Positions 39,385 to 52,224 of a DNA stretch of 64,000 nucleotides are shown piece after piece; positions within the stretch are counted from its first letter, which is position 1; each line of letters starts with the position of its first letter. A model generated the notes under the pieces. That model was not told the origin of the DNA and searched no databases. It saw only the letters and a program-made list of their open reading frames with translations. Position numbers and translations under genes: made by a program. Origin of the DNA: Hypanus sabinus (Eukaryota); assembly GCF_030144855.1 (NCBI RefSeq), contig NC_082735.1, positions 20,956,001 to 21,020,000 of the forward strand, written 5' to 3'.

Positions 39385-39828
39385 TTTAATAAAATCATTG
39401 AGAGTTCTGGAGACCGTTTATTCGACATTTTCATATGAATTAATTTGGCCTTTTCCAGACCTTCTTTCTGCTTATTCATGTTCAGGTATGGAGTTCTGGA
39501 GTTCTTTGACACTATCTTATACTTGTAAACTGTTATTATTGCCCATGTTAGTTTAGTTTAGTGTTTTATTTTTTTTAATATATATTTTTTTTCACATATT
39601 TTTAATATTTTTTTTCTTTTTTAATAGTTATTTTTGTTTTTTTTTCATATAATCATGTGGACTTGATTGATTAAGGTATTTTCTTTTGCTGATGTTTAGT
39701 AGGATATTATTATCTTATCAATGTGATTTCAAGTCTATTGTATTCATAATTTACTTATTACTATGTTATTTTTTTTTGTGTATATATGAAAATCAATAAA
39801 AAGATTGAAAAAGAAAAGAAAGAAAGAG
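39385..39828 (+). mobile_element. L1/Tx1-like LINE 3' end
   Basis: WRPFIRHFHM-like ORF2 terminus, T-rich 3' UTR, AATAAA followed by A-rich tail aagattgaaaaagaaaagaaagaaaga. Confidence 0.6.
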
Positions 39829-40114
39829 AGTTCTGTTGCTACACGAGTCACCCCTAGGCACCCCAGAAGTAATCTTTATTGAGATACAGTACAGAATAGG
39901 CCCTTCTGGACCTTCAAACTGTGCTGCTTGGAATAAACCACAGCACTTGGAGGATACGCAGATAGTCATGAGGAAAACATACAATCAAACCCTTTACAGA
40001 GAGCGGCAGAAATTGAACCCAGGTCTCTGGTACTGTAAAGCATTGTGGTAATCACTGTGCTACCGTGAAGCGCCTCCCCCCTCCCCACTTGTCCAACTAC
40101 AAGTCTCCTCTATT

Positions 40115-40447
40115 CAGTCGTAGAGCCATACAGCATGGAAATTGATCCAACAGATCCATGCCAAAGAAGATTCCCATCCTAGCTTGTCCTATTTTCCCAC
40201 ATTTGGCCCACATCCCTCTAACCGTTCCCCATCCATGTCTCTGTCCATGTTCCTTTTACCTGCTGTTATTGTACCTGCCTCAACCATTTCCTCTAGCAGC
40301 TCATTCCATATACTGACCACACTCCAGGTGGAAAAGTTGCCCCTCAAGTTCCTAATAAAACTTGCCCCTCTCACCCTAAACCTATGACCTCTGGTTGTTG
40401 ATACCCCAACTCTGGGGAAAACCACTGTTCATATTCACCCTATCAGT
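40115..40447 (-). mobile_element. CR1 LINE 3' end
   Basis: ORF 40189-40425: FPRVGVSTTRGHRFRVRGASFIRNLRGNFSTWSVVSIWNELLEEMVEA. Confidence 0.85.
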
Positions 40448-41127
40448 GCATTTATGTAGTGTGAAACTGGACCACAGGGGAAAGGTTCAACTACAATGAA
40501 AAATCACATTACATGCAACAATTTATTTTCCAATTTCAATTAAGTTTACCATTTTTACAGTGTGTATAACTGATGCCCTTTCATATGCTGGCTTAGCAAT
40601 GAGAATGTGTTAACATCACTGAAGCCTAAATAAGGTATTATTTGGAGAAATAATATTTTGAAGGTAGTTCTGATTTTAGATTTGTAAAAATAGTAAATTA
40701 TGCTATTTAAAAGTTCAATTCTGCTGTCTTGTGAGATAGGATGACTCTGTTTATTTCGCCAAAATCTGTAGTTCCACACAAGAGCATCTACATTGTACTG
40801 AAACTAAACTTGGCACACCCATCAGCTTCAGTCCATCTTTTGCATTAGATAGCCATCTTGCCACTGACCTGGGCTCCTCCTGTTCCTCAACACAAGAAAA
40901 AAATAATTGTTTCCATTATTGCCTCGGTTTATGTACATCAGATCAGTTCAGTTGTCAATTCAGCCAAGTGCTCTGCCAACTGAACCAATTTGATGACGTA
41001 AATTCACTCCCAAGCACGTGCCTTCAATATCTCTGAACATCTCTACTTTTTAGAGTTTTAAAATTGCTTTCAAACATATAATCCCATTGTGTAGCGCTGC
41101 CTTTATCTATTATCACTGTCCAAAACT

Positions 41128-41340
41128 ATAGAACATAAGCCCTTTAGCCCATTTTATTGTGCTGAGCTTTTAACCTACTCCAAGATCAATCTAATCCTTT
41201 CCTCCAATGTAACCAATAATCCTCCATTTTTCTTCTATCCATCTAAGAGTCTCTTAAATGTTCTGAATATATCAGTCTCTACCAATATCCCGGCAATGTA
41301 TTCTAAACATGAACCACTCTCTATGTAAAAAACCTACTTC
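41128..41340 (-). mobile_element. CR1 LINE 3' end
   Basis: taacctactccaagatcaatcta and agagtctcttaaatgt match 8938-9015. Confidence 0.75.
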
Positions 41341-41450
41341 TATCGCAGTATATATTTTAAAAATATCTTATTACTACTTTGAGCTATGATTATATTTTTT
41401 TTAATTTTGCACTGACGGTAGAATTTGATCATTCTATACAGGAGAATTAA

Positions 41451-41672
<222 letters not shown>

Positions 41673-41929
41673 TGATTTACTGGGCATTCAAACACACCAG
41701 CTGGGACAAGATCATTCCACTGCAACTTGTAACATGTCAGAAAAAGTAGACTTATCCAACTCTTGAGTAAACACTAAGCATTTAGAAATTAGTTGAGTTA
41801 CATAAGAAATAGCTTGATTTTCTTTTGTAATTTAACATTTTATAAAGACGTCTGCAAGTTTTTTTGGGTTTCTCTCAAGCAGTATTTTACCAATTAATCT
41901 CTTTAACCATACTGCATATATAATTTGTT

Positions 41930-42280
41930 CACTATGTGCCATAACATGTGACATAGGTGACCATGGTCTTTCTATGACCATGGTTGTTCTTGGCAAATGT
42001 TTCTACAGAAGTGGTTTGCCATTGCCTTGTTCTGTATGGTGTCTATGAGATGGGTGACCCCAGCCATTATCAGTACTCTTCAGAGATTGTCTGCCTGGCA
42101 ACAGTGGTCACATAACCAAGACTTGGGAAATGCACCAGCTCCCCAAGTTGTGAATATGACTATCCACCACCGGCTCCCGTTTGACCCTGAAACGTGCTAT
42201 ATTTTCCCCAAGGGTGACCTATAGGCTAGTGGAGAGAAGGAGCACCTTACACCTCTTTAGGTAGAGACGTATCTCCACCC
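41930..42280 (-). mobile_element. RTE-related SINE-like element (Bov-A-like 3' motif), copy 1
   Basis: On -: aaggcaatggcaaaccacttctgtagaaacatttgccaagaacaaccatgg; paralogs at 49438 and 58295. Confidence 0.8.
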
Positions 42281-43669
42281 AATTTACTTATATATATAAA
42301 CATAAAGTAAACAGAAAAACAACAGAACGATTATACTCTAGGGGTACTAATTTACACATTTTTAGCTGTGTATTCATTATTAAATATGTGAAGCATTCAC
42401 CTTTCTCTTTAATACAGAATATTAACAAAATAACACGTTTTAGACATACAGTTTTTATGTCAACTGTAGTTGATCTGTGCCAAGCTTTATAAATTTGTTC
42501 AATGATATTTTAGAGTATTCCATCCCAAAAAAAGGTCGTTTTGTTTTAAGGTTCTACTTTATCTTGTTTCTTTCAAATATACCTTATGTTTGAGTAATTT
42601 ATTGAGATTAATGTCTTTATCATTATTGAGAGGTTTGTAAAAAGTTGGTTAAAAAGTAAAGGACAGCAACTAAAGATATGGCTAAAAGGAATAATTAATT
42701 ATTCCTTTAATCAGGCCCATCTGTCAGAAAACTATGGCTGAAGTCAAAATAACTACCAGCCTATGAATAAAGAGCAATGAGTTACTGATGAGAAGGATGG
42801 GAAAAGAGAGGCTGATTAAAGAGACAACTTTAGTATGATGAATTAATATGAATACTAGTCCCATAATCTAGGCATTAATTGTACTGTACATTACAGGTTT
42901 CATTAGAGGAGCTAAATTGAAAACAAGCTTACAATAAGTTTGACACTAAGTTTGATGAATGTGTTCAATTTCATCACGTATATGTTTTAAATTATGAGAT
43001 ATAATGGACACTAGACATCACCTGAAATAAATAGTTCATATCAGAATTGGTAGAGATTATGTTATTGAAAGAGTATTTTAGATTGCATACTTTACTGTAT
43101 TTCTCTTTGTCACCTAATCCAAGGAAAGAATCATCATTACCTCCCATCAGTTTATCCCTCATGAAAGCTTTATTACTGAATTAGGAAGGGCATAATGCTT
43201 CAGAGATGGTTCCAATATACTGTAAGATAAATTGGAACTAAAGCAACATGAAGTAATGAATTGATGAACTGACCATTTTTGTTGATGAAATCAAAGTAAG
43301 ATATATTATTTCTATTGAAATTAGTACAGGCAAACGTTTCCCTCATCTATCAGTGTTAAGCTCAGTGTCTAGCTCAGTGTCTCAATGGTGTGTGGAGATG
43401 AACTGATTTGCATATCACCATATCCTTCCGTATACCAATAGGGAGAGAACATGGAATGGGAGAGGACTACATAAACTGAATCTGTAAAGTACCACAAGGA
43501 ATATAGGTCTAACTGCTTTATAAGCAGTCAGAAGGACCAGTTGTGTTAAACTGTTCACATTGTGATATCGAAGATTTATAGTCAGAATTCAGAATTGCTG
43601 AGAATCGTTTGTTGAAGCATCAGCCCTCAGATCCTGCACAGGGCCTCAAACCACAGTGGGGAACTAATC

Positions 43670-43840
43670 CAACACACACAGAATGCTGGAGGACCTCAAC
43701 AGGAGGTCCAGATGAAGGCTTTCGGCACAAAAAGTCAGCTGTTTATTTCCCTCCATAGATGCTGCTTGACTTGCTGAATTCCTCCAGCATTCTGTGTGTG
43801 TTGAACAAGATTTACAGCATCTGCAGAACCTTCTGTGTCT
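43670..43840. mobile_element. Fold-back Penelope mini-element (inverted partial repeat + hammerhead-bearing copy)
   Basis: Perfect 24-bp inverted repeat 43670-43693 / 43780-43803 enclosing gtc-cagatga-aggctttcggcac-aaaa-agtc. Confidence 0.88.
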
Positions 43841-44476
43841 CTGGGAAGACAAGCGACTGTCGATACTGGAAAGCTGAAACATAAAAATGCCAAACGTTGA
43901 TCAGCCCAGCAAAATCTGTGTGAGCATCATTGTTCTGCTTTAGTTATTTATTTTTGGTGGAGCTTGTTATTTCCCAACTGGATGATCTCCTGAAATGTTA
44001 TTGCATAATGTCATTTAGACAAACACTTGAAATGACATGGTATAGAATGGGTATGGATCAAGAGCTGGGAAATTGGGTAATTATTGATAGGTACGGTGAT
44101 CAGTATAGACTGAATGGGCTGAAGGGCTACTTTTCATGTTGTACGATGCTATGACAATGACACTGGGGCCCTGTGGCCATCAGAAAGCTCATCATTTTGG
44201 ATCAGGGTGGCCTTGGGCAGCAATTTACACTAGCAGAGCTGTAAAGTGAAGTCTATGCTTCATGCATATTTGAGTAGCAAGAGAACGCAGTTCTGAATTG
44301 GGAGCACCTCATGACTTATTAACTTAATTACTAACACTGCAGATCCTTCCTGACCTGATGAATATATCCAGCAACATATTTCTGTTTATTTTTCTATCTG
44401 AAGAGCAGTAAAATATTTAAATAGCAGCCTACCCTTTCAACCTTGCAACCAATGTTAAATACCATCCAGACAGCTA

Positions 44477-44807
44477 CAGAACTGTGCAATAGTTTTAGGC
44501 ACCCTGGAATGTTTATATAATTTTTTTTAAGATGCTTATTCTTTGACTTCTGCATTTCAGGAGAAAAGAGTAGAATTTATATTTCCAAACTTTTCATTTC
44601 TTCACAATCAGAAACTTCTCATTTGATTATTTTTGAATGCATCCTTGCTTTACAGGCAATGAACACAAGCTGCTGAAGGAACTCAGAAGGCCAGGCAACA
44701 TCTATGGAAAAGTGTACAGTCGACATTTCAGACCGAGACCCTTCATCAGGACTAGATTCGCTTTGCAGAGTTTTTTTATATGTGCCTAGGACTTTTGCAC
44801 AGTACTC
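44477..44807. mobile_element. Tc1/mariner-type non-autonomous element with a Penelope mini-copy inside
   Basis: TA|cagaactgtgcaatagttttaggcac ... gtgcctaggacttttgcacagtactc|TA; 21/26 TIR match. Confidence 0.85.
44717..44754 (-). ncRNA. Minimal type I hammerhead ribozyme, best-preserved copy (within Penelope mini-element ~44660-44755)
   Basis: On -: UAGUC-CUGAUGA-A-GGGUCUCGGUCU-GAAA-UGUC/GACUG; stem I 5 bp, stem II pairs with wobbles, GUC cleavage triplet. Confidence 0.75.
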
Positions 44808-45291
44808 TATAATTAAAGATCCCCAATGTGGCAGGGTCTGTCTGGCCAGAAGTAAACTCTCATGTCCCAAGCTAATCTTATCAGCTCAGTGTCAAATAAA
44901 TAAATCCATAACTTATCAGTCAGATATGTATGTGCTAACAAGCTTGTAAAATTAAAATTGAATCTGTATAAATCTCATAATCATCTTGAAAGTATTCAAT
45001 TATTTATCACTTATCTATCTGAATACCACACAAATCTTGCTTGACTTCACAATTAAAAATACATTTGTATTGTTCTCAGTGTCTTGACACCATGGCATTG
45101 CTGATGGAGGGAGATAGTGTTGAGTTGAATAATAAATGAAGTTGTAAATTGATGTAGTTTATTCTCAACCAAAATGTGAAACGTGAAAAATTTGATTAAA
45201 TATATGACTATTTAAATATAAATGACAAGTAAATTAATCAACTAAAGAGTAATTAAATGTTATCAATAAATTCACTTCACCAAGCACACAC

Positions 45292-45480
45292 CTCCCTCCC
45301 CTCCCCCCATCTTTTAATTCTCCTCCTCGTCTTTTTACCTCTAGACCTGTTGAAGGGTCCCAGCCCAAAATGTCAACTGTACTCACTTCCATAGATTCTG
45401 CCGGGCCTGCTGAGTTCCTCCAGCAGTTTGTGTGAGTGTGTTGGATTTCCAGCATCTGCGGATCTTCTCCTGTTTGTGAT
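45292..45480 (+). mobile_element. Penelope terminal-repeat copy; degenerate hammerhead 45342-45379
   Basis: tagac-ctgttga-agggtcccagccc-aaaa-tgtc-aactg + common tail. Confidence 0.85.
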
Positions 45481-47501
45481 TGGAACCCTTCACCAAACTA
45501 TGATTTTTTTTAATGGAATATATTTAAGCTGGAAGCACAGTCATCTCAATGTTCTCTTTCAAGTCACACAGAGACAAGTGGAATTCAATGACGCAGAGAC
45601 CAAAACTTGTTTCGTACTTATTTGAACTGGATTGAGAACTCGAAAATCAGTGTTACATAATTAGTTTCATTTCTTGGCCAGAATGGACACAAGAAACTGT
45701 ACTGTACTCTGAAATGGATTTCTATAATACTCAAAGCATCTTAGTTTAAGTATATGTCACTGTCTATTAGCTGAGCATTGACTAAATATAGCTACCTAAC
45801 CACATTGTTGAATCACAGCACGAATGAAGCTATTATTATGGGTCATCTTTTTTCTTGACTGCAAGATGATACCCATTAACTACTTGTGTGAATATTCATT
45901 TGAATTTGATGAAAATACCTAAAAAAAAAGCTGAGGCCATTGAAAATTGGATATAATGTATAAAATGCTGGAATCTCTGAGGTCATAAATGACACAACAT
46001 TACGAGAATTCCACAACGGCTTCCTGCATCTGCAAGTAATAGAAAGCTCCTTCCCATCACTTAGTAACTTCAAAAATGTTCCAGAAATTTATTTATAAAT
46101 CACTAATCTATATTTAAACAATTATTTAGAGCATTAAACATTTTTAAAAAGTAAGAATGAGCCATTTACACCCGCCCTCCTTCCATTTACTTCCTGCTCC
46201 TACATTCAATAAGATTTAACTCAGTTCTCAGCCTTAGTTCTACTTCCTTATCCTATTCCTCTGCCCTTGAATGCATTTGGAATTTAAAATTCCATTGGGA
46301 TTCTCTAACTCAAAGCTGAATGCAAAGGTTCCTAGTGCTTTGGATAAAAAAAGCGACTGCTCATTTTTATCCTATGTTATCAAAATCTTATGCTGAGATA
46401 ATGACACCCAACTTTCAGACTCTAGAGCCAAGGGATGCAGTTTCTAAGTGCCTATCCCATTAAACTTGAAAGAATCTTAAATGTGCAAAACCTGTATTGT
46501 CAGGACTGTAAAGAGCATATCCATCTTGCAAAGTCATTGTTCCTATAGGGGAATTTCTTCATCTCAGAAATCAATCCAGTGCACTATGGTAGCAGCAATA
46601 TATTCCTCCCTGCATATAGAAACCATTTATGGCATACAGTGCTCTGCGTGTTATCCCAACAAAATTCTATTATCTTGCACTAGTATCAGCCAACAAACCT
46701 TGTTCGAAAATTGTATTCACTCTAAATGGCTGCGGTGAGGAGCTTGGACTGATTGTTGTCTGAAGGACTAAAGCAATCATGAAGGGGATCCATCAACATC
46801 TTGTATAAGGAAACCAGTGACATTACTATTAATGTCCATACACCAAACGTGTCACAGCTACCTTGAAAGAACCAAGACAAAATGAGGTGAGGTATGTTTG
46901 CTCCCTCCTCTTTACAATCAGAACAACTCCGGACTATTTGTCAAACTGGTGGTTTAACCCTGGGCTTATGTATGCACTAATCCTCCTGTATCCTGTGATA
47001 AGCAATGTGACATCGTAGCAGGTATTGAACTGGAAATCTACTGATGAGTAATCTTTAGAAAGTGACCTTTCCGAGCAATTGATTCTCCTTCTATGCTTCT
47101 TATAGCATCAGTTTGAATTGTTTTGATCGGCCATCCCATGCATTCCTTCTCCTCCAGCCTACATTTATCAACTGCAGCTGATTCTCAGCAGATGAATGCT
47201 CTATAAAACTCTATCCATGTGTGACATTGAAATTCCATAAAAGCTTTGATCTAATTTTGGAACTCCCTAAGTTAGAGCTTATGACAATGCCTTCTCGTAT
47301 TATTTTTCTTTAAATTTACAAAATTATGTGGGCAGAAAATCTGGAATCTTTCAAAGGTGTGCAGTTTTCAGATATAATTCACAAGAACTGTTGAAGTGAA
47401 GAGAGAAGTGAATGGTTTATAATCCATGTGAATAAAAGAAAATCCCGCGGAGAAACTTGTGAATATTTTCACCTCCCCTTTGCCAAAACTTACTTTTCTA
47501 C

Positions 47502-47690
47502 TTCATTCCCCTCTGCCCCAACCGCTCACCTTCCCCCTCACTAGATTTCTGCTGAAAAATTGTGCTCATTCCCCTTGTTCCACCTTCTGATTTCTACCCC
47601 ATTCCTATCCAATCCAGATGAATGGCCTCAGCCCAGCCCCTCCCTCGATGCTGTCCGAACTGCTGAGTTCCTCCATCATTTTCTGTGTTA
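47502..47690 (+). mobile_element. Old Penelope terminal-repeat copy, hammerhead 3' half deleted
   Basis: caatc-cagatga-atggcctcagccc ... gatgctgtccgaactgctgagttcctcca. Confidence 0.65.
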
Positions 47691-48211
47691 CTTTTCTACA
47701 TGAGTGCACTTTACAGCTGTGATAAAGCCCATTGAATATGTTTCTCCAAGACACATATTTAGGAGAGAAATACTCTGAACATACCAAGATACTCTGAATT
47801 TCTTCCTAAATGTGCCTCAACATCCCCAGGAAAAATCAAATGCCTTCCTTCCCTGTAATGGGGGAAAAAACCCAATGTGCATTACCTCTAGATGTGATCC
47901 CACCAAAGCCACACATCATTGTGTCCAAGGTCGCATCCTGAACCAGGACATGCAGTAGAATTCAGGACTGCATTAAAACAGAGCAACTGTTGAAAATACA
48001 ACATTTTCAGAGAAGGCAACAAAGTTAGCACAGGTTTCCAAATAATTCCCAGCATTTACTTATTTGGAAACCTGTCTGCTTTGTTTATGTAAACTCCTGA
48101 CACTGTGCTTGAGATTTTAGGGTTAATTCCCTCTCAATACATTCACATTTGTTTAACCTAAGCACACATGTTGTAGTCAGTAAGTTAATTTTGAAGCATT
48201 CACTTATATAA

Positions 48212-48390
48212 TGGGATGGCATGGTAGCATAGTACAGTACCAGCAAACGGGTCTAATTCTGCGCTGTCTGTAAGGAGTTTGCAGGTTCTCCCCATGACGG
48301 CATGAGTTTGCTCTGAGTGCTCCATTTTCCTCCCACAGTTCGAAGATGTACCGTTTGGTAGGTTAATTGATCATTGTACATTTTTCTCCC
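48212..48390 (+). mobile_element. HE1/V-SINE-like SINE
   Basis: gctgtctgtaaggagtttgcaggttctccccatgac...tcctcccacagttcgaagatgtacc. Confidence 0.8.
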
Positions 48391-48470
48391 AGTATTCTCC
48401 TTTCATAACAAGAAGTGTGAAATGACTCGAAGATTAACAAGAATGTTCCCAAGCATATCTTTGTAAAGGT

Positions 48471-48567
48471 GTCCCAAGGAAGTGTCTTGGCCCAGAACAT
48501 TGACTGTTTAATAATTTCCATCGATGCTGCCAGACCTGCTGAGTTCCTCCAGCATTTTGTGTGTGGT
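48471..48567 (+). mobile_element. Penelope-derived mini-element beginning at hammerhead stem I
   Basis: gtc-ccaagga-agtgtcttggccc-agaa-catt-gactg + common tail. Confidence 0.8.
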
Positions 48568-49437
48568 CCTTCTAAAGACAATATTGTGAACTGTAATGAC
48601 AGAATTATATTATAACCCAGTGGCTGCTCCCTCTTTCCCATAGCAAACAAGAATCACATGGATCATGTCGAAGTTCAGATACGTTTGTTATCAAAGTGTG
48701 TATACATTATACAAGCTTTAGATCCATCAATACAGGCAGCCACAAGACAAGAAACCCAAAGAACCCATTGCAAAATCCCCCCCCCCTCCAAAATGTGTTT
48801 AGCATCTTCCGTAAAATGTAAATCAACATAATTATCTGTAAAAAGAAATCCATAATAACTTAAATTAGATTTTTTTTAATCCCTCCCATAGATCGATTAC
48901 CTACTCCACTGTAGTTACAAACAATATACTTCCCTTAAGCTACATGCAGCTGGTTGTCCAACCTCCGGGGCCCTGTTTAACAACACAATCTACCAATACC
49001 TCTCGTGTAAGTTCATTAGTACTGTGCTGGAAATATGAATATTTGAATATTTTTGAGGGCAGCAGCAGTCTGGAGTTATGGGAACACCTCCAAGAAATGT
49101 GTGAAGACTGAGGTAATATGGTAGTAGGGGGAATCTGTCAAAAGCTGCAATGTTTGTAAAGAGATTAGAAACATCACCCACTCCATGAAAGTGCACTTTT
49201 AGCTTTGGAGGGAGTTAACAAGTTTACAGTATGAAATCAGAGACTGGAGGTGATTTATTTTGAAGCTGTTACTGAAGAAGTCAATTTATAATTTCTTCTT
49301 ATTTCTCAGTTCTTCCTCTCCCTTCGCTCTTGGCAATGATTCCCTAGACACCTTCTCCATGGCAACAGTCTGAAACTGAACCAAACTGCTTGGTAACTTG
49401 GTGTAATATCTTTCCTGAGATTAGTCTTGAACTAAAT

Positions 49438-49814
49438 CATCATCATCATTACGTGCCATGTTATATGACATGGTCATTCATGTTTTTGACCATGATTGTT
49501 CTTGGCAAATTTTTCTACAGAAGTGGTTTGCTATTGCCGCCTTCTGGGCCGTGCTTTTACAGGACGGTTGACCCCCGGCATTATTAATACTCTTCATGTA
49601 TTGTTGGCTTGGTGTCAGTTGGCACATAACCAAGACATGTACAGCTGTTCATTGGACCATCCACCACCTGCTCCCAAGGCTTCATGTCACCCTGATTTTG
49701 GTGGGGGGTTGCTTAGCAGGTGCTACACCTTTCTCAAGGTGGACCTGCAGGCTAGTAGAAGAAAGGAGAACCTTACACCTCCTTTGGTAGAGACGTATCC
49801 CTACCCCGCCACTC
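49438..49814 (-). mobile_element. RTE-related SINE-like element, copy 2 (most complete), (TGA)n tail
   Basis: Colinear with 41930-42280 and 58295-58650. Confidence 0.82.
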
Positions 49815-50207
49815 TAAATAATTTCTAAACAACTAAATGACCTGTTTCTGCCTTTGGAAGGGTTGGGATGGGTGTGGTAATTAGGGAACACAGAATGGGA
49901 ATGACCGCTAGTATGAACTAATGTGGAAAAATCAAGGATCTGTAAGGTTGATTAAGTAATGAGTGGAAATAAGGAAAGGAACCTTTTTCTGTGTCCTGAT
50001 ATACACAAAATCAGATCACAATTTTAAAGTTTTGTAGAAGTTGCAAACTCATCAAGCAAAATTAGAAGGTAGATATAAGAAGAATTAATATACAGGCTCA
50101 GAAGTTAATAAAAATTTTACCCTGATTCGGGCTGGTGATCACCATGCTTATTGAGGAGCCCTTGAAATTAATTTTCCATCTGGAAAATGGAATATTCACA
50201 TTACAAT

Positions 50208-50340
50208 AGCACACACAAAATGCTAGAGGGACTCAACAAGTCAGGCAGGATCTGTGAAGAGGAATAAAGAGTCGGCATTTCAGACGGAGACCAAAATGTT
50301 ACTCTGGATTTCCAGCATCTGTAGAATCTCTAAAGTTTAT
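50208..50340. mobile_element. Rearranged Penelope terminal repeat (- strand segment joined to + strand tail)
   Basis: acacacaaaatgctagaggg...gtcggcatttcagacggagacc (-) followed by ctctggatttccagcatctgtagaatctc (+). Confidence 0.75.
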
Positions 50341-51437
50341 CAGCATTACTGAGGTCCCATATCCTGAACTACACAAAAGAACACTGGAACAGAAGGACTA
50401 TACCATTTTATTTATTTTAATATTCTGACATTATTTCATATAAAATAATTACTATAACAGAATAATTTGCATGTTGTAGTGCAAGAGTTCTGAAACTATA
50501 ATGTACTCCCTGCATCTCTGTGGATGATCATATTTAAAGATGACCACTGCACTACGGCTGTTTGGTAATAGAATTTTGCTTTTACAAAATTCATAAGCGA
50601 CTATCCAAAATTGTGTGATACAGAATAGGCTTCTTTCTTGTAGGACTGGTATGGGGAAAAAGTTAATAAATCAACACAAATTATTCTTTTTCAACTCGCC
50701 TTCCTTGAAGCATTTGCAGATTTCTGACTGAAAATTACAATACGAATCACTTTCTAGGAACACAACCATCTTATAATGTGTGGTTCAGCTGCAGTTCTTC
50801 AAACTCAAGAGGAAATTTTAAAAGGCAATTTGTAAAAGTAACATTGTGTTTCTCACTGCCCAACTCCTGTATTGAGCCTAGTCCGCACTGTACTTGTGTC
50901 TCTTTGACTTTACTCTTCATCGACTGTACTGCACATTGTCACTACCCTTGCTTTCCTTGCTTTCTGTCAAGGACCCTGTTGCTTTACTTATCCTTCACAT
51001 TTGTTACCCACTGATCTCGTCGTTGTATTGTATTAACCATCACTGTGACATTCCTCTATGTCTTACATTTTAATTCACCCCTGTCATTGTTCCCATTCCC
51101 TTTCTGTGTTATTGTGCCCCACTCTGTCATCTCCTCACTGCGCCCATCCCTCACAGAAATTTCTCTTCATTTGTCTGGCAATAGATATGTTTACCCCTCC
51201 TGTCTTTATATATGATTGTTCCTACACAATCACCCCATCTCCGCCAGCTGATTCCACAGTTGGCCATTGTAAGATCTGCTATCTTGACTCCTCTCTCAGG
51301 CCCTTCATCATCTTCATTCATCATTAAGTTCCATTGTTGAATTTCATCCTTTTACCCTTTGTTGCCTTGACTTCCCACATTAGTTATCATGTATGACCAT
51401 ATCCTACCTCATCTACCTTCCTATTTAGCATGCTACC

Positions 51438-51649
51438 TGTGGTGAACTATGTGCCTGTCGGGACACGCCCCTGCTGACTGCTCCTGTGGCTCCTCCCACA
51501 GGCCCCGGTATAAAGGAGACCTGCGGCCTGAAGCTCGGCCTCAGTCTCCAAGACCTTGTATGATAGACACTCACTCCTGGTTCCTTCTTCCAGTCAATAA
51601 AAGCCGATATCTCGCCTACGTCTCAGTGTGAGTTATTGATGGTGCATCA
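51438..51649 (+). mobile_element. Solo LTR, 212 bp, 5-bp TSD
   Basis: TG...CA; CTACC at 51433-51437 and 51650-51654; TATAAA 51509-51514; AATAAA 51596-51601. Confidence 0.92.
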
Positions 51650-52224
51650 CTACCACAATATCATCTAACAGTTTGTACATAGTAAGGTTGTTTTACTCTA
51701 TTTCTTCACCTACACCTCTACGATATTTATTGTTGTGTGCTCTTTAAATACTGACTTTTATGTTACCAACTTCTCTTTTAGTAAGACTGGTTTTCTTTCC
51801 AAACCTTACGACTTCAAATCTTACCATTCGTTGATGGGTCAACTTTTGGGAGCTTGCAGGAATATAACACACATTGGCGTTTAGAGCTAAATTATTTTCC
51901 AGCTCTGTATTCCTTTTGGTTAGGCTTGAGATCTCTAATAAGCTGGAAGTGCCTTGATTGTGACACAGAGCTCTCTGTGCATCAGAGTTATATCTGACTG
52001 AGCAATAAGTCCAAATATCACTGATAGGCAAATATACCAAATGGCAGCCCTGCACTGCATCTGTGTATTCTTATATAGATGGACTATCAGAAATGCAGTT
52101 AGGATAAAATTATTATTACAATGAACATATGAAAATTATCTGTTGCAACTACAGCAGCATTTCCCAATAGGAATAACGTTTAAAAATACTAGTGTGATAG
52201 GGTGGAATTCATTCAGAAAGATAT

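Noticed and set aside
47041-47066. Hammerhead-like CTGATGAG...GAAAG outside the Penelope repeat
   Set aside because: Stem II is only a few A-U pairs and there is no stem I or UH site in register; expected by chance
49715-49814. Canonical HDV-like ribozyme at the SINE 5' end
   Set aside because: P1-, P2- and P4-like pairings can be drawn, but the P3 candidate CCU-GC-AGG has no 7-8 nt L3 for P1.1; kept only as an unspecified structured RNA
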